Shown piece by piece: positions 15,240 to 25,024 of a stretch of DNA of 64,000 nt. How positions within the stretch are numbered: the stretch's first letter is position 1; each line of letters opens with the position of its first letter. The notes below the pieces were generated by a model. It made no database searches. It worked only from the letters and a program-made list of their open reading frames with translations, and was not told where the DNA came from. Source of the DNA: Gammaproteobacteria bacterium (GTDB taxonomy: Bacteria; Pseudomonadota; Gammaproteobacteria; GCA-002705445; GCA-002716945); the NCBI GenBank assembly GCA_029246085.1, contig JAQWOB010000010.1:1552-65551 (forward strand), written 5' to 3'. The translations under genes and the position numbers were made by a program.

Positions 15240-15264
15240 CCCATTCACTCGAATGGGTTTTTTT
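15240..15264. terminator. bidirectional rho-independent terminator overlapping the der stop codon
   Basis: An A-tract at 15235-15239 precedes the stem CCCATTC (15240-15246), a loop ACTC, the stem GAATGGG (15251-15257) and a T7 run (15258-15264). Read on the minus strand it is also A/T-flanked. It lies between the convergent DUF4242 gene and der, whose TGA stop is at 15245-15247. Confidence 0.55.
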
Positions 15265-16555
15265 GTTTAGACAGCGTTATTCTTAAAGGAACCCCAACCA
15301 GCTTTAATTTAGAAATAAAAAAGTTTTTTAAATACTTCTCATAAGAAGTTGGTAGCTTATCCGTTTGATTACCAAAAATAATAATTGACAGAGAATCAGA
15401 TTTCGCTTGTTGTGCGAATTTTAATCTAATTCTTCTATTATCAATCATAGGAGGCTGGTGTTCTTCTAAAGCCTGATTTAATATATCCGTTAATAAAGAT
15501 GATTTATATCTTTTGTATATAGAATAGGAAATATTGCTAATTGTATAAAGTAGTTTTTTGATATTTTGGTTGCCGATAGCTGATATCAAAATTATTGAAG
15601 CATTATCAATAATATTAGAAAAATATTCTAATTCTTGCTTTAGTTCTTTAATTTCGTATTTTGATTTCATATCAATTTTATTGAGGACTATTATGAATGC
15701 CTTGTTATATTTTTTTATTATATTAAGTATGATTTTATCTTGCTTAGTAATACCCTCTTCAGCGTCTATCATAAATACGCATATATCTGTTGTCTTAATA
15801 GTTTCCAAAGTTGATCCAATACTAAATTTTTGAAGCGTAGTGATTGTTTTAGATTTTCTTGTGATCCCGGCAGTATCATATAGTAGAAAATTATTATCTT
15901 TGAATTTAAAAGGTATTTCAATTGCATCAAGCGTTGTTCCAGCAATATCAGAAATAATCATTCGTTCTTCATGAAGAATAGTATTTATAAGTGTTGATTT
16001 ACCAGCATTAGGTTTACCAATAATAGATATTCTTCTAAAAATATCCTTCTCTATATATGTTTTAGATGACCCAACACTAGATATTTTTTCCTTTAATTCT
16101 TTTAAACCAATATTATTTTTTGCTGATATAACAAATACTTCTTTCATGCCTAATTCATAAAACTCGCTTATTGGTTGAGCTTTTCTTGTTAAGTCACATT
16201 TATTAATAAGTAAAGCCACCTTTCTATCAAGCCTTCTTAGCATCTTGCATATTTCATGATCTTGATTAGTAAGGCCATCTGCCGCAGATACAACAAATAA
16301 TATTAATTTTGCTTGTGAAATTGACTTTAATACTTTATTTATAATAAGTTGACTGAATTGATCAGCCTCTTCTGGAATACCACCAGTGTCTTCTATATAT
16401 ATGGTTTTGCCATCTAATTCTATATAACCAGAATTAACATCTCTTGTTACACCATGATAGTTTACAACCAAGGCCTTTCTAGCTTTAGTTAGTTTATTAA
16501 ATAGTAGTGATTTACCTACATTTGTTCTACCGACAATGGCAATACTTTCATTCAT
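15245..16555 (-). CDS. der: ribosome-associated GTPase Der (EngA), tandem GTPase domains
   Basis: 436 aa with two G domains (GRTNVGKSLLFNKL and GKPNAGKSTLIN) and a KH-like C-terminus. Confidence 0.9.
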   Translation of the reverse strand: MNESIAIVGRTNVGKSLLFNKLTKARKALVVNYHGVTRDVNSGYIELDGKTIYIEDTGGIPEEADQFSQLIINKVLKSISQAKLILFVVSAADGLTNQDHEICKMLRRLDRKVALLINKCDLTRKAQPISEFYELGMKEVFVISAKNNIGLKELKEKISSVGSSKTYIEKDIFRRISIIGKPNAGKSTLINTILHEERMIISDIAGTTLDAIEIPFKFKDNNFLLYDTAGITRKSKTITTLQKFSIGSTLETIKTTDICVFMIDAEEGITKQDKIILNIIKKYNKAFIIVLNKIDMKSKYEIKELKQELEYFSNIIDNASIILISAIGNQNIKKLLYTISNISYSIYKRYKSSLLTDILNQALEEHQPPMIDNRRIRLKFAQQAKSDSLSIIIFGNQTDKLPTSYEKYLKNFFISKLKLVGVPLRITLSKQKNPFE

Positions 16556-16563
16556 TGGTAAAA

Positions 16564-17772
16564 TTAATCAATCTTAATTGCGTTGAGTCTACCATTTTCA
16601 CTGGTTATATAAAGTACTTTATTGATTAATACTCCCTTGGTTTGATTACCAACATCATCAATTATATCAACCAATGATAGAATTTTTCCTTGATTTTTAT
16701 CAATAACCATAATGTGTCCTTTTGTGGAAATATTAATAATATATTTTTCATAAGAGAAAGATTGTGTTCCTATTAAGTTATTTTCTAATTTTAACTTCCA
16801 CTTAGTAAATCCAGAAAACCTATCTAAGGCAAATATATAACCTTCGCTATCTGCAGCATAAACATTCTCTTCATCAACATCAATATTTGACAATATAGAC
16901 ATGGGTTTAGACCAAATCAAGTTACCATTAAAGACGTCAACTGAAATAAGGTTTCCCTGAAAAGAGCCAACAAAGATAGTACCGTCTTTAACAAAAGGTG
17001 TCATTTCTACATCTCGCAGAGACTCAAGTTCATTACGCCCTGATCTTGGTGAAATTGATACAATCCAATTTAATTTTCCGGTACCTTTTTTAAGAGAAAT
17101 TAAATTACCATCATCTCTTGCTATAAATAAATTATTATTTAAATTAGTTATTGACCCGGAACCCTTCATACTCAACGGTACATTTCTACCTTTGTACTGC
17201 CACTCAACTTTTGAATTTTCAATATCTATCGCTACAGTATATCCATCATCCAACTTAACAAACATTAAATTATCTATACCAAGTCCTGGCGCGGAAACTT
17301 CACTGAGAAGTTGAATAAGTAGATCTGGCTCAGTAAAAGATTCTTCGAGCAGTGAAGTTATATTAAATGTATCAAAAAATTTATAAGAAGAAGAGGCTAA
17401 TCTATCAACTTTATATCCATAATATTTTCCATCATGGGTCCCAAAAAAAAGCATATCATTATGGAAAGACAATCCAGATGAAACATCTAAGTTTAAATCA
17501 TGAACCCAATTTATTTCTCCAGAAGATAGATTTATCGAGGTGATGAGTCCTTCTGAATCAATTGTATATGAATTATTATTAAAAAATATAGGTTGTAAGG
17601 CACCAGTCTTAAAGCTTCTTCCCTCTCCAATATCAGCTGACCATAATAATTTTACATTGATATTTTGATACTCTCCTATTTTATTTTTACTAAAATCAAA
17701 GTAAGAAAGCGCGCTTGTATAAGAGCAGCTTGTAAAAAATAAAGATAAAATTATCAGTATATATTTTTTCAT
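16564..17772 (-). CDS. bamB: outer membrane protein assembly factor BamB (PQQ-repeat lipoprotein)
   Basis: 402 aa with a lipoprotein signal (..FFTSC) and a beta-propeller/PQQ repeat pattern. It shows the der-bamB-yfgM-hisS synteny. Confidence 0.8.
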   Translation of the reverse strand: MKKYILIILSLFFTSCSYTSALSYFDFSKNKIGEYQNINVKLLWSADIGEGRSFKTGALQPIFFNNNSYTIDSEGLITSINLSSGEINWVHDLNLDVSSGLSFHNDMLFFGTHDGKYYGYKVDRLASSSYKFFDTFNITSLLEESFTEPDLLIQLLSEVSAPGLGIDNLMFVKLDDGYTVAIDIENSKVEWQYKGRNVPLSMKGSGSITNLNNNLFIARDDGNLISLKKGTGKLNWIVSISPRSGRNELESLRDVEMTPFVKDGTIFVGSFQGNLISVDVFNGNLIWSKPMSILSNIDVDEENVYAADSEGYIFALDRFSGFTKWKLKLENNLIGTQSFSYEKYIINISTKGHIMVIDKNQGKILSLVDIIDDVGNQTKGVLINKVLYITSENGRLNAIKID

Positions 17773-17774
17773 AT

Positions 17775-18392
17775 TTATTGTATTGAATTGAGTTTATTCT
17801 CAATAATTTTTCTATTATTAGGTGTTATGTCAAGCCTTAAACATGATGCATAATATATTTTAGCTTTATTAATATCAGATTTCATATAACTAATATCTCC
17901 AAGCATTTCAACTAAGAGAGCATTCTTGTCAAAATTCATAACTGATATGATAAACTTTTCTGCCTCATCATATTTTTTTTGTAAGATAAGTATACGACTA
18001 TATCTAACACTAGCAACCATCCGCATTTCTTTTGAGCTAGAATTTTTTATTACGAAATTTAGATTTCCTAATGACTCTGTATATTTCCCCTCGTCATGAT
18101 ATATTTTTGCAGCATATAAATTAATCATAGCAGTGTATATGCTAGAAGGATTGCTCGCCTGATACTCTTCTGACAAAAGTATAACTTTCTCATACTTTTC
18201 ATCCTGATAATCTTTTATAGCTTCTTCATATTTAAGTGACATTTCATGCTGTTTATTGGCATTTGAATCATTATAGTATTTAAGTCCAAACACCAGAATA
18301 GTTCCAAGTAATAATCCAAAAACAATATTTTTATAATTATCCTTAAACCATGAGATTAATTTATCTTCTTCTTCGGTATACTGTCTACTCAT
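17775..18392 (-). CDS. yfgM: YfgM-like membrane-anchored TPR protein
   Basis: 205 aa with a single N-terminal TM helix followed by a TPR-like domain. Its position between hisS and bamB matches E. coli yfgM. Confidence 0.6.
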   Translation of the reverse strand: MSRQYTEEEDKLISWFKDNYKNIVFGLLLGTILVFGLKYYNDSNANKQHEMSLKYEEAIKDYQDEKYEKVILLSEEYQASNPSSIYTAMINLYAAKIYHDEGKYTESLGNLNFVIKNSSSKEMRMVASVRYSRILILQKKYDEAEKFIISVMNFDKNALLVEMLGDISYMKSDINKAKIYYASCLRLDITPNNRKIIENKLNSIQ

Positions 18393-19668
18393 ATTTATTT
18401 CTCATATATTTAATTAAATCTTCCAGGCTAATAAGTGTATCAGTCATCTGGTTTTCAGATATTTTAATAGTAAGATTTTTATTTTTAATATTATCATCTG
18501 TGATGACTATCACAAATTTATCATTAATCTTTATTGCATTTTTTAATTGAGACGTTAAGCTCGCTGAAGAATCTGTATTATAAAAACTAATGCCACTAAA
18601 CTCGTATCTTAAATCTTTTGAAACTGAATGAGCGTATACTTCATTTTCAGAAGAATCATTAATTATCCCTATAGAAATATTTTGCTTAACCTTAAAATTA
18701 TCATTAAACTTTAATATTTCTATGATTCGTTCTACTCCCATAGCAAACCCAATTGCTGGAACATCATCCCCGCCAATTATATTTACTAAATTATCATACC
18801 TGCCACCAGCACATATTGCATTTTGACTGCCTAAGGACTCATGTCTCCACTCAAATACGGTATCATTATAATAGTCAAGGCCTCTAACTATTGTATTATC
18901 AAGAATATAATTAATTTTAAGACTATCTAGCTTGCTCATCAACATATCAAATCTGTTCTTTGATAAAGCGGACAAGGTTTCATATAACGTAGGTATGTTT
19001 AATAATATCTCCTTAACATTATCATTCTTGCTATCAAGTAATCTTAATGGGTTCTTCGCTAAAGTATCTTTTTGATGCTCATCAAGACTATTCTTTTTTG
19101 CGCTTAAGTGATCAAAAATTATTTTCTCATACCTTTCCTTATCTTCCATATTGCCTAATGAATTGATATGTAGTTTTGCATTCTCGACATTTAGCTCTTT
19201 CAATAGAAAGTCACCCATCATTAGTAACTCAACATCACTGTTAGTGTCAGAAAAACCAAAATATTCAGCACCAAACTGGCTAAACTGTCTATACCTGCCC
19301 TTTTGAGGCTTTTCATGCCTAAACATTGGGCCATAGTACCAATATTTTTGTTTTTTAAGACCTCGGTCATAAATCAGATTATGTTCTATGGCAGCTCTAA
19401 CAACAGATGCTGTTCCTTCAGGCCTGAGGCATATGGATGCACCGCTTTTATCAATAAAATCATACATTTCTTTGGTGACAATATCTGTGACATCACCAAT
19501 AGACCTATGAAATAAATCAGATTTTTCAATTAATGGCAACCTTAGCTCCTCTACAGCAAACTGTGAGGATACTTTCCCTATAGCGTCTTCGAAGAATTTA
19601 TAGTATTTGATTTCATCAGGTAAAATATCTTTAAAGCCTTTAATTGATTTAATTATATTTTTTTTCAT
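18385..19668 (-). CDS. hisS: histidine--tRNA ligase
   Basis: 427 aa with class II aaRS motifs and a HisRS anticodon-binding domain. Confidence 0.9.
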   Translation of the reverse strand: MKKNIIKSIKGFKDILPDEIKYYKFFEDAIGKVSSQFAVEELRLPLIEKSDLFHRSIGDVTDIVTKEMYDFIDKSGASICLRPEGTASVVRAAIEHNLIYDRGLKKQKYWYYGPMFRHEKPQKGRYRQFSQFGAEYFGFSDTNSDVELLMMGDFLLKELNVENAKLHINSLGNMEDKERYEKIIFDHLSAKKNSLDEHQKDTLAKNPLRLLDSKNDNVKEILLNIPTLYETLSALSKNRFDMLMSKLDSLKINYILDNTIVRGLDYYNDTVFEWRHESLGSQNAICAGGRYDNLVNIIGGDDVPAIGFAMGVERIIEILKFNDNFKVKQNISIGIINDSSENEVYAHSVSKDLRYEFSGISFYNTDSSASLTSQLKNAIKINDKFVIVITDDNIKNKNLTIKISENQMTDTLISLEDLIKYMRNKYE

Positions 19669-19680
19669 GATTTGAGATAT

Positions 19681-20088
19681 TTATGATTTAAAAAAGAAAT
19701 CAATTTCTATTCTAGCATTTTCTGGGCTATCTGACCCATGAACAGAATTATATGTGGTATTCACAGCATATAATCTACGTATCGTTTTTTCTTCAGCTTC
19801 CTCAGGATTAGTTGATCCCATTAAATCTCTATAAGCTTTAATAGCATTATCGCCTTCTAGGAGAATGACTACAACCTGTCCTGAGGTCATATACTCAATT
19901 AATTTCGAATAAAAATCTCTATCCTTATGAATAATATAAAATTTTTCAGCCTGACTCACTGATAGATTCATCATAATTATTTTTTTAACTACTAGCTCAT
20001 TAGCTTCCATAAGCTGAATAATTGATCCAATTAAATTTCTCTGAACAGCATCAGGCTTTATCATTGCTAATGTTTGCTGGATAGCCAT
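19681..20088 (-). CDS. ndk: nucleoside diphosphate kinase
   Basis: 135 aa. The N-terminus TLAMIKPDAV and the active-site region NSVHGSDS (catalytic His) are present. Confidence 0.9.
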   Translation of the reverse strand: MAIQQTLAMIKPDAVQRNLIGSIIQLMEANELVVKKIIMMNLSVSQAEKFYIIHKDRDFYSKLIEYMTSGQVVVILLEGDNAIKAYRDLMGSTNPEEAEEKTIRRLYAVNTTYNSVHGSDSPENARIEIDFFFKS

Positions 20089-20286
20089 CTATTTTTCCTC
20101 AATCCATGCCATTTGAATGGCTTCTAATATTTTCTCATTTGATTTCATTGGGTCATCATTAAAGTCAGCTAAATCGCAGACCCAAGAATGTAAATCTGTA
20201 AATCTAATAGTTAAAGGGTCTACTTCTGGGTGTTTTTCATCCAACGCAATTGCTATATCAAGAGTATCCGTCCATTTAATGTCCAT
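20089..20286 (-). CDS. iscX: Fe-S cluster assembly protein IscX
   Basis: 65 aa with the acidic IscX/YfhJ-like sequence MDIKWTDTLDIAIALDEKHPEVDP. It lies downstream of fdx. Confidence 0.75.
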   Translation of the reverse strand: MDIKWTDTLDIAIALDEKHPEVDPLTIRFTDLHSWVCDLADFNDDPMKSNEKILEAIQMAWIEEK

Positions 20287-20624
20287 TAATGTCTCTCAGA
20301 GGCATGATTTATAGTATATTTAGGAATTTCCACAGTAATGTCATCATCACTTAATAGCGCTTGGCAACTTAAGCGAGAATTTGGTTGTAAACTCCATGCT
20401 TTGTCAAGATAATCATCTTCATCTTCAGTAGCACCATCTAATGACCTTAAACCCTCTACTACATATACATGACAGGTCGTACAAGCGCACGATAACTCGC
20501 ATGCATGCTCAAGAGGTATTCCGTTATCAAGAGCTGCTCGACAGATACTAGTTCCCTTTGGAGCTTCTATTACAGCACCATCTGGACATATATCTTCATT
20601 AGGTAAAAAAGTTATCTTTGGCAT
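20286..20624 (-). CDS. fdx: [2Fe-2S] ferredoxin of the ISC system
   Basis: 112 aa with adrenodoxin-type Cys ligands (C..CELSCACTTCHV ... C). Confidence 0.85.
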   Translation of the reverse strand: MPKITFLPNEDICPDGAVIEAPKGTSICRAALDNGIPLEHACELSCACTTCHVYVVEGLRSLDGATEDEDDYLDKAWSLQPNSRLSCQALLSDDDITVEIPKYTINHASERH

Positions 20625-20630
20625 TTCGTT

Positions 20631-22466
20631 TTACAGTATATCATCTATACCTTTACCTGCAATGAATGACTTTATACTGCTATTCATTCTACGTTCTACA
20701 TAAAATTCTGATTTTTTTTCAACCTGTTTAATTTTTTCCTCGATGGCTGATGAATCCTCTCCAGTTATACTTAATTTCAGGCCTTCAAGCTCATCATTAA
20801 CCATGGCAATTTCTTCCTCAGAGAGAAGATCTTTGCCATCATTTTGAAGCGCTTGCTCTAAGGCATAAATAACTCTTTTTCCTTCAACAATTGATTCATT
20901 TAAGCGTCTTAGAGTCATGTCTATTTCAGCACTATTATTAGAATCATCAATCATCTTCATAATATCTGATTCAGTCAGCCCATAAGAAGGCTTAACTTCT
21001 ATCATCGAAGAATTTCCGGTTGTTGTCTCTGTCGCGGAGACAGATAAAATACCATCCGCATCAATCTGGAAATCCACATCGATTCTTGGACCTCCGGCAA
21101 CCATTGGCGGTATATTTTTCAAGATAAATTCGCCGAGAGAATTACAATTCTCAACAAGTTCGCGTTCACCTTGGATAATATTTATTAATAATTTAGACTG
21201 CCCATCTTTAAAAGTAGTAAAAGTTTTTCTAAGCTTAATAGGGATTGGAGTATTTCTTAATATTACCTTTTCTGAAAGACCTCCATATGTTTCTATACCC
21301 AATGACAGCGGAAGGACATCTAAAAGGAGTATATTTTCCTTATTATTACCAGATAATATTGATGCTTGGATTGCAGCACCATGAGCAACAACTTTATCTG
21401 GATCAATATTATTTAGAACTCCACAAGAAAATTTTTTTTCGAGTAAAGTTTTAATACAGTCTATTCTTGTTGAGCCACCAACCAATATAATATTTTTAAT
21501 ATCTACAGATGATAATTTAGATTCAGTTATAGCATTTGTGACAATATCAAATGTTTCACTCAATATAGGATTAATGATATCAATGAAATCATTTTTTGAC
21601 AAAGAAATCGTATTACCATCAATATCCATTGAAAAAGAATCTTTGTTACTCATTGATTCTTTTAGGGAACATGCGTATTTTTTTATCTGTGTGGTTTTAT
21701 ATGATTTTAAAAAAGAATAATTATTTACAAGCCATTTAGTAATAGCATTATCAATATCATCGCCACCTAGTCGTGTATTACCATCAGTTGATAAGACTTT
21801 AAATATACCTTTTTCTAAAGTAAGTACAGAGACATCAAATGTTCCGCCGCCAAAATCATATATCACAAATGATCCTGTTTCATTAGATTCAAGGCCATAT
21901 GCTAAAGCAGCAGCTGTTGGCTCATTTAATAATCGCAAAACATTAATACCAGATAATTTTGCAGCATTCTTAGTAGCTTGTCTTTGTATATCATTGAAGT
22001 AAGCAGGAACAGTTATAACTGCACCATCTATAGTTTTATTCTCATGAGTTTCAGCTAGGTTTTTAAGATGGGATAGAATTTTTGACGAGATATCTATGGC
22101 TGAATATTCTTTATTATTCACGGCAATACATGGTAAGTCATTTTTAGATTTTATAAGCAGTAAATCATCTTTAGAATCTAAGTTTTGTATATCAGAATAG
22201 GACAAACCCATTATTCTTTTTATAGAAGCAATATATGTAGTATTTTTATCATCAAAGGCATCGGCAGCCTTTACACCAATCAATATGTCTTCTTTAGTGA
22301 TAGATACAACAGAAGGTATTAAACTTGATGAATTATCCTCATATAGCTTTAACTCATTATCATAGGATGCAATCAAGGAATTTGTGGTGCCAAGATCTAT
22401 TCCTACAACAAATTTCTTTAAATCATCATTCGATATAGAGGGGTCTGATATTTGCAGTAAGCTCAT
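20631..22466 (-). CDS. hscA: Fe-S protein assembly chaperone HscA (Hsp70-type)
   Basis: 611 aa. The N-terminus MSLLQISDP..VGIDLGTTNSLIA matches HscA (MALLQISEP..GIDLGTTNSLVA). Confidence 0.9.
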   Translation of the reverse strand: MSLLQISDPSISNDDLKKFVVGIDLGTTNSLIASYDNELKLYEDNSSSLIPSVVSITKEDILIGVKAADAFDDKNTTYIASIKRIMGLSYSDIQNLDSKDDLLLIKSKNDLPCIAVNNKEYSAIDISSKILSHLKNLAETHENKTIDGAVITVPAYFNDIQRQATKNAAKLSGINVLRLLNEPTAAALAYGLESNETGSFVIYDFGGGTFDVSVLTLEKGIFKVLSTDGNTRLGGDDIDNAITKWLVNNYSFLKSYKTTQIKKYACSLKESMSNKDSFSMDIDGNTISLSKNDFIDIINPILSETFDIVTNAITESKLSSVDIKNIILVGGSTRIDCIKTLLEKKFSCGVLNNIDPDKVVAHGAAIQASILSGNNKENILLLDVLPLSLGIETYGGLSEKVILRNTPIPIKLRKTFTTFKDGQSKLLINIIQGERELVENCNSLGEFILKNIPPMVAGGPRIDVDFQIDADGILSVSATETTTGNSSMIEVKPSYGLTESDIMKMIDDSNNSAEIDMTLRRLNESIVEGKRVIYALEQALQNDGKDLLSEEEIAMVNDELEGLKLSITGEDSSAIEEKIKQVEKKSEFYVERRMNSSIKSFIAGKGIDDIL

Positions 22467-22978
22467 TTATTTCTCAGTTTAATAAGTTCATTGATATTTT
22501 TTATATAAAACCTAAGTTTTGATAAATTTTGCCACATATTCTCAAAGTCATTAGATTCAAAAGATGATTTAATACTATCAACTGTAGTCTTTAATAGAAA
22601 CTTGATACTAGAAAGACTGTTTTCTATTATTTTACTATCAAAGTTGTCATTCAAAGATTCAACCAATTCACTATACTCTATTTGTTCTTGTAAAAAATTA
22701 ATATCATTAATAGTTTTAGACTCATCTTTAACAAAATTATTGATTTTAAGAATATACTCAATCCTTAAGACTATGTCACCCAGTATTTTATATCCATCAT
22801 TAATATGAGATGAAATTTGGAGGGCTAATCTTTTTTCAAAATCAGAACCACTAGAGAATTTATCAGGATGAAATTTATTTTGTAAGACCTTAACCTTTTG
22901 ATCAAGTTCTGATCTATTTACATCTATAGCAATTTCAATATTAAATAATTCAAAAAAGTTCTTCTTTAATATATCCAT
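22463..22978 (-). CDS. hscB: Fe-S protein assembly co-chaperone HscB (J-type)
   Basis: 171 aa with a J-domain HPD (KFHPDKF). Its position between iscA and hscA supports the call. Confidence 0.8.
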   Translation of the reverse strand: MDILKKNFFELFNIEIAIDVNRSELDQKVKVLQNKFHPDKFSSGSDFEKRLALQISSHINDGYKILGDIVLRIEYILKINNFVKDESKTINDINFLQEQIEYSELVESLNDNFDSKIIENSLSSIKFLLKTTVDSIKSSFESNDFENMWQNLSKLRFYIKNINELIKLRNK

Positions 22979-23301
22979 TAAACATTAAAACTCTCACCGC
23001 ACCCACATTTATCTTTTACATTTGGATTATTAAATTTAAAACCTTCATTGAGACCTTCTTTCCCAAAATCAAGCTCTGTACCTTTTAAATAAACATAACT
23101 TTTGGGATTAATAATTAATTTGACTCCATTATGCTCAAAAACTTTATCATCATTTTCTACTTTATCAGCAAATTCAATTACATATGCTAAACCTGAGCAA
23201 CCTGTTGTTTTGACGCCCAGTCTTAAACCCACTCCTGTACCACGAGACATTAAATGTTCATTAACATGTTTTGCAGCAGTCTGTGTGATTGTGATACTCA
23301 T
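22978..23301 (-). CDS. iscA: iron-sulfur cluster A-type carrier IscA
   Basis: 107 aa in the HesB/IscA family with the three conserved Cys (TTGCSG ... CGCGESF). Confidence 0.85.
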   Translation of the reverse strand: MSITITQTAAKHVNEHLMSRGTGVGLRLGVKTTGCSGLAYVIEFADKVENDDKVFEHNGVKLIINPKSYVYLKGTELDFGKEGLNEGFKFNNPNVKDKCGCGESFNV

Positions 23302-23305
23302 ATCT

Positions 23306-24520
23306 TTAATGTGCTGCCCATTTTACTGATTTTAAATCAACGCCATCTTTATACATATCCCAGAGCGGTGATAATGCACGTAGCTTTGTAACAGCATTTT
23401 TTAATAAATTAATTGCGGTATTTATTTCCTCTTCTGTAGTGTATTTACCTATAGTCATTCTGATAGAGCTATGTGCTAATTCATCTTCACGACCTAAGGC
23501 TCTTAATACATAACTAGGTTCTAAGCTAGCAGACGTACATGCTGAACCTGAAGAAACTGCCATTCCTTTAATTGCCATTATCAGACTCTCTCCTTCTACA
23601 AAATTAAAACTAATATTTAAATTTCCAGGAATACGTTGATCTAAATCACCATTTAAATAAATTTCTTCCATATCCTTGAGGCCATTCCATAAAATATCTC
23701 TCAATTTTTTAATTCTCTCATTATCAACTGCCATTTCTTCTTTCGCAAGTCTGAAAGCCTCTCCCATTCCCACAATTTGATGTGTTGGAAGTGTTCCTGA
23801 CCTAAACCCTCTCTCATGTCCGCCACCATGCATTTGAGCCTGTATTCTCACCCTAGGCTTTCTACGAATATAAAGAGCTCCAATACCTTTTGGCCCATAT
23901 GCCTTATGCGCTGACAGCGCACAAAGATCAATATTAAATTTATGCACATCTATTTCAACTTTCCCAGGGCTTTGTGCTGCGTCAACATGGAATAATATGT
24001 CATTTTCTTTGCATATTTTTCCTATAGATTCCATATCTTGTATTACACCAATTTCATTATTCACATGCATTATAGATATTAAAATAGTTGTTGGTTTAAT
24101 TGCAGCCTTCAATACTTCTAAGTCTAACAACCCATCATCTTGAGGATTTAAATATGTAACCTCAAAACCTTCGCCCTCTAAAAATCTCATTGTATCTAAA
24201 ACTGCCTTATGCTCAGTAGTTAATGTAATAAGATGATTTCCTTTACTCTTATTAAAATAAGCAGCGCCTTTAATAGCCAAGTTATCAGATTCTGTTGCGC
24301 CACTTGTCCAGACTATTTCACGTTTATCAGCATTAAGAAGGTTAGCAACATTAATTCTAGCCTCATCAATTAATTTTTCACTATCCCATCCATAAGGGTG
24401 CGATCTTGACGCAGGATTACCAAACGTTCCTTTAACGGTCAAACAGTCAAGCATGCTCTTGGCTACTCTTTCATCGACGGGTGTCGTTGATGAATAATCA
24501 AGATATATTGGCATACTCAT
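23306..24520 (-). CDS. iscS: cysteine desulfurase IscS
   Basis: The N-terminus M(S)[14 protein letters not shown] matches E. coli IscS MKLPIYLDYSATTPVD, and the PLP lysine region and the C-terminal SVKWAAH are present. I chose the internal Met that abuts the iscR stop rather than the 415-aa track ORF, which would overlap iscR by 32 nt. Confidence 0.9.
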   Translation of the reverse strand: MSMPIYLDYSSTTPVDERVAKSMLDCLTVKGTFGNPASRSHPYGWDSEKLIDEARINVANLLNADKREIVWTSGATESDNLAIKGAAYFNKSKGNHLITLTTEHKAVLDTMRFLEGEGFEVTYLNPQDDGLLDLEVLKAAIKPTTILISIMHVNNEIGVIQDMESIGKICKENDILFHVDAAQSPGKVEIDVHKFNIDLCALSAHKAYGPKGIGALYIRRKPRVRIQAQMHGGGHERGFRSGTLPTHQIVGMGEAFRLAKEEMAVDNERIKKLRDILWNGLKDMEEIYLNGDLDQRIPGNLNISFNFVEGESLIMAIKGMAVSSGSACTSASLEPSYVLRALGREDELAHSSIRMTIGKYTTEEEINTAINLLKNAVTKLRALSPLWDMYKDGVDLKSVKWAAH

Positions 24521-24521
24521 A

Positions 24522-24989
24522 TTACTTTCCTTGTCTTTGATTATGACTGACATTTTTATTCTCCCTTAAAAATATTATATTTTTGATATCTTCTCTTAAT
24601 GCTATATCACCTAAGTTGATTCCTTCCATATATTTATTAATTATACTATTTAAATCTGTCCATATAAAATGTGTTAAACAGGGCTTTTCATTAATGCAAT
24701 TCATAGCTCCTCCACACTGAGTTTGATCTATATTTTCATCTACAGCAGTTATTACATCCAGGAGATTAATTTCCGAGGGTATTTTATTTAAAATGTATCC
24801 TCCTCCAGGGCCTCTTACACTTTTAACTAACCCTGATAATCTAAGCTTAGAAAATAACTGTTCTAGATATGATAAAGAGATATTTTGTCTTTTAGAGACA
24901 TCTTTTAGTCTTATGGGGCCTATAGTTCCGTTAAGCCTTAAATCAACCATTGCAATTATGGCATATCTTCCTTTTGTTGTTAATTTCAT
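24522..24989 (-). CDS. iscR: Rrf2-family Fe-S cluster regulator IscR
   Basis: 155 aa. The N-terminal [20 protein letters not shown] and the three-Cys cluster-ligand region (C..C.....C) are present. It is the first gene of the isc operon. Confidence 0.85.
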   Translation of the reverse strand: MKLTTKGRYAIIAMVDLRLNGTIGPIRLKDVSKRQNISLSYLEQLFSKLRLSGLVKSVRGPGGGYILNKIPSEINLLDVITAVDENIDQTQCGGAMNCINEKPCLTHFIWTDLNSIINKYMEGINLGDIALREDIKNIIFLRENKNVSHNQRQGK

Positions 24990-25024
24990 GGGTTAAGTAT
25001 GCAATACCCCAGTGTTCTTATCAA

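Noticed and set aside
24522-24553. 32-nt iscR/iscS overlap implied by the 415-aa track ORF
   Set aside because: The IscS homology ([14 protein letters not shown]) begins at the internal Met near 24520. The upstream extension is an artefact of the open frame.
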